DNA of 64,000 nucleotides from Gemmatimonadota bacterium (lineage in GTDB: Bacteria; Gemmatimonadota; Gemmatimonadetes; Longimicrobiales; Gaopeijiaceae): assembly GCA_016873995.1 (NCBI GenBank), contig VGVR01000012.1:11622-75621 (forward strand), read 5' to 3'. Below are positions 61,696 to 64,000 of this stretch, in pieces. A program made the translations under genes and the position numbers. The stretch's first letter is position 1. Each line of letters opens with the position of its first letter. The notes below the pieces were generated by a model. The model was not told the origin of the DNA and did no database searches. It saw only the letters and a program-made list of their open reading frames with translations.

Positions 61696-61797
61696 GTGGC
61701 CCCCAGGCGCCCGGTTATTGCGGAGCTGGATAGTCTAACCAGCGTCTCCTGACCCTTCAAGAACCCGCCCCCCCATCACCGCCGCCCTGGGCGCCCA

Positions 61798-62583
61798 CTA
61801 CTCGGAACGGCTCCCCGCCCCCACCGGCCTCGGGAGGGCAGTCAGGATCAGCGGCCCCTGGGCCGTAATCCCCACCGTATGCTCGAAGTGGGCGGTCAGG
61901 GCCCCGTCGACGGTCACGACCGTCCAGCCGTCCCGCAGGGTCCGAATGCCTGGGGATCCCGCCGACAGCATGGGTTCGATGGCCAGTACCATCCCCACGC
62001 GAAGCAGGGGTCCGTGTCCGGGGCGCCCGATGTTGGGCACCTGGGGCTCCTCGTGGACGTCCCGGCCCACGCCGTGGCCCACGAGCTCCTTGATGATGCC
62101 GTACCCGGTCCCCTCGACCGTCTTCACCACCGCTGCCCCGATGTCCCCGACATGTCGGCCCGCCACGGCCGCCTCCACCGCCGCGTCGAGTGCCCGCTCC
62201 GTGACCCTCAGGAGGGCATTCGCCGCCTCGCTCACCTCGCCGACGGGGTACGTCCAGGCGGAGTCCGAGCACCACCCGTCCAGCCTGACCCCCACGTCCA
62301 CCGACACGATGTCGCCTTCAACGAGGATGCGCTTCGGGCTGGGGATCCCGTGCACGACCTCCTGGTTGAGCGAGATGCACACGCTGCCCGCGAATCCGTA
62401 GAGGCCCTTGAACGCCGGGACTGCGCCCTCGTGCGAGGTGATGTAGCGCTCGCAGAACGCATCGATCGACGCAGTCGAGATCCCCGGCCGAATGTGCGCA
62501 GGAAGCTCCTCGAGCAGGCCGGCGATGATGGCGCCGCCGCGCGCCATCACGTCCATCTCCTCGGCGGTACGCAGGTGGATCAC
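61798..62583 (-). CDS. map: Type I methionine aminopeptidase
   Basis: Start reset to VIHLRTAEEMDVMARGG (GTG 62583, GTGA overlap with the adk stop). Metal ligands are in VSVDVG, GHGVG and EPM contexts. Confidence 0.93.
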   Translation of the reverse strand: MIHLRTAEEMDVMARGGAIIAGLLEELPAHIRPGISTASIDAFCERYITSHEGAVPAFKGLYGFAGSVCISLNQEVVHGIPSPKRILVEGDIVSVDVGVRLDGWCSDSAWTYPVGEVSEAANALLRVTERALDAAVEAAVAGRHVGDIGAAVVKTVEGTGYGIIKELVGHGVGRDVHEEPQVPNIGRPGHGPLLRVGMVLAIEPMLSAGSPGIRTLRDGWTVVTVDGALTAHFEHTVGITAQGPLILTALPRPVGAGSRSE

Positions 62584-63239
62584 CCGGCCGCCTCGACGCT
62601 CCCCAAGAAGTCGGCGTAGACCTCGTCCACACCCCGGTCCGCCCGAATGCGGGCGAAGGGCGCTCCCGAGGCCTCGTAGAATGCGACCAGGGGCGCAGTC
62701 TGCTCGCGGTACACGTCCAGTCGCCGCTTGACCGTCGCGGGCGCGTCGTCCGACCGGTGCACCAGGTCTCCCCCACACCGGTCGCACTTGCCCTCGACCT
62801 TGGGGGGACTGAAGTAGGTGTTGTAGACGGCTCCGCATTCGGGGCAGCTCCTGCGTCCGGACAAGCGCTGCACGATCGTCTCGTCCGGCGCCTCGAACAG
62901 CACCACGCGGTCGACCCGGCGTCCAGAGTCCTTCAGCACCTGGTCGAGCCCTGTCGCCTGCGCCGTCGTGCGGGGGAACCCGTCGAAGAGCACGTGGGCG
63001 TCGCGAGCGATGCCAGCCAAGTGCTCCTTCACGAGGTCCAGGATCAGGTGGTCGGGGACCAGCTCACCGGCATCCATGTACTTCTGTGCGCGCAGCCCGA
63101 GCTCGGTGCCTTCGCGCCGCGCCGCGCGGAGCAGGTCACCCGTCGAGACGTGCGCGGCCCCCAGCTCGTCCGCTAGGCGAACGGCCTGCGTCCCCTTCCC
63201 GACTCCGGGAGGGCCGAGCAGGATCAGCACCATATGCAA
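62580..63239 (-). CDS. adk: Adenylate kinase (zinc-lid type)
   Basis: 219 aa. LLGPPGVGKGTQA P-loop and lid CPECGAVY...CDRCGG. Confidence 0.96.
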   Translation of the reverse strand: MHMVLILLGPPGVGKGTQAVRLADELGAAHVSTGDLLRAARREGTELGLRAQKYMDAGELVPDHLILDLVKEHLAGIARDAHVLFDGFPRTTAQATGLDQVLKDSGRRVDRVVLFEAPDETIVQRLSGRRSCPECGAVYNTYFSPPKVEGKCDRCGGDLVHRSDDAPATVKRRLDVYREQTAPLVAFYEASGAPFARIRADRGVDEVYADFLGSVEAAG

Positions 63240-63264
63240 ACCGCCTCGACAGGTCGCCGACCTG

Positions 63265-64000
63265 TCACATGTAGCGGGTGCGGCCGCGCATCTTCACGCG
63301 GCCCTTCTTCATGAAGCCGTCGTAGTGACGGAGCAGGAGCAGCTGTTGGGCCTGCTGGACGGTGTCCAGCCCGACGCCGACCACGATCAAGAGGCTGGTG
63401 CCGCCGAAGAAGAACGTCTGGATGTTGAATAGATCGAAGATGAAGAACGGCAGCAGCGCGATCAGCGTGAGATAGATCGACCCCGGCAGCGTGATGCGCG
63501 TGAGCACACGGTCGATGTACTCGGCGGTCCGCGCTCCCGGCTTCACCCCCGGGATGAACGCGCCCTGCTTCTTCAGGTTCTCCGCCAGATCGATCGGATT
63601 GAAGATGATCGCGGTGTAGAAATACGTGAAGAAGAGGATGAGGAGACCGTAGGTCACGTAGTAGGTCGTCGTCTGCGGGGCGAACATCTCGGCGAGCGTC
63701 GAGAGTGGGCCAAGGTCGACGAATGCGGCCATGGTGCCGGGCATGACGATGAACGACTGCGCGAAGATGATCGGCATCACGCCGGACGAGTTGATGCGCA
63801 GCGGCACGAAACTCTTCTGGCCTTCGCGGATCCGCCCCCGCCCCACGACTTTGCGCGGTATCTGCACGGGGATCTTCCTGGCGGCCATGGTCATCGCCAC
63901 CACTCCCGCGCAGACACCGACGATGACCAGGAGCAACGCGACGAGCGCGAAGGCGCTGATCTCACCGAGCGTGAAGGACTCCCACGTGCGACCGAGAGCA
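63265..64000 (-). CDS. secY: Preprotein translocase subunit SecY (C-terminal part; 5' end beyond the right window edge)
   Basis: The frame stays open upstream of the track TTG at 63936 to the window end. ...PLRINSSGVMPIIFAQS...GGTSLLIVVGV...MKKGRVKMRG is a typical SecY C-terminus. Confidence 0.93.
   Translation of the reverse strand, partial: ALGRTWESFTLGEISAFALVALLLVIVGVCAGVVAMTMAARKIPVQIPRKVVGRGRIREGQKSFVPLRINSSGVMPIIFAQSFIVMPGTMAAFVDLGPLSTLAEMFAPQTTTYYVTYGLLILFFTYFYTAIIFNPIDLAENLKKQGAFIPGVKPGARTAEYIDRVLTRITLPGSIYLTLIALLPFFIFDLFNIQTFFFGGTSLLIVVGVGLDTVQQAQQLLLLRHYDGFMKKGRVKMRGRTRYM

Noticed and set aside
61696-61797. Search for infA (IF-1) or another small gene between map and rpmJ
   Set aside because: The gap is only about 100 nt and no open frame of useful length exists on either strand.

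Overview
This is a 64-kb high-GC bacterial chromosome segment. SecA, RpoA and ribosomal-protein signatures look Gram-negative, possibly Gemmatimonadota/FCB-like, but that is inference only. I count about 63 protein genes, nearly all on the minus strand, and saw no rRNA, tRNA or CRISPR. Layout: (1) 1-12.3 kb holds an intein-interrupted UXS-like SDR, ugd, a small secreted protein, uvrB, a Wzi-like outer-membrane protein, rel, fcl and gmd. (2) 12.3-44.1 kb is a large surface-glycan island. It has glycosyltransferases, two FkbM methyltransferases, Wzy-, Wzx- and Wzz-like proteins and a complete but dispersed pseudaminic-acid set (pseB, pseC, pseF, pseG, pseI and a PseH-like fusion). It also has two divergent amidotransferase/HisH/HisF acetamidino modules, a second gmd, one intact IS630 element and one decayed IS630 remnant. 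(3) secA. (4) 47.8-58.3 kb holds a priming sugar transferase, a Wza-like exporter, a vapBC toxin-antitoxin pair, a nucleotide-sugar dehydrogenase, rfbB/rfbA/rfbD with an IMPase-family gene, and a GT1-like gene. (5) 58.4-64 kb is the rpmB-rplQ-rpoA-rpsD-rpsK-rpsM-rpmJ-map-adk-secY cluster. The top finding is a canonical 474-aa LAGLIDADG intein inserted in frame into the RIFN|TYGPRM motif of the UXS-like gene (378-1799, minus). The ORF track misses it because the host ORF runs off the left window edge. All functional calls come from motifs recognised by eye; no database search or computation was run. Many ORF-track entries are antisense shadows or over-extended N-termini. I reset starts mainly from domain N-termini and 4-nt stop/start overlaps.
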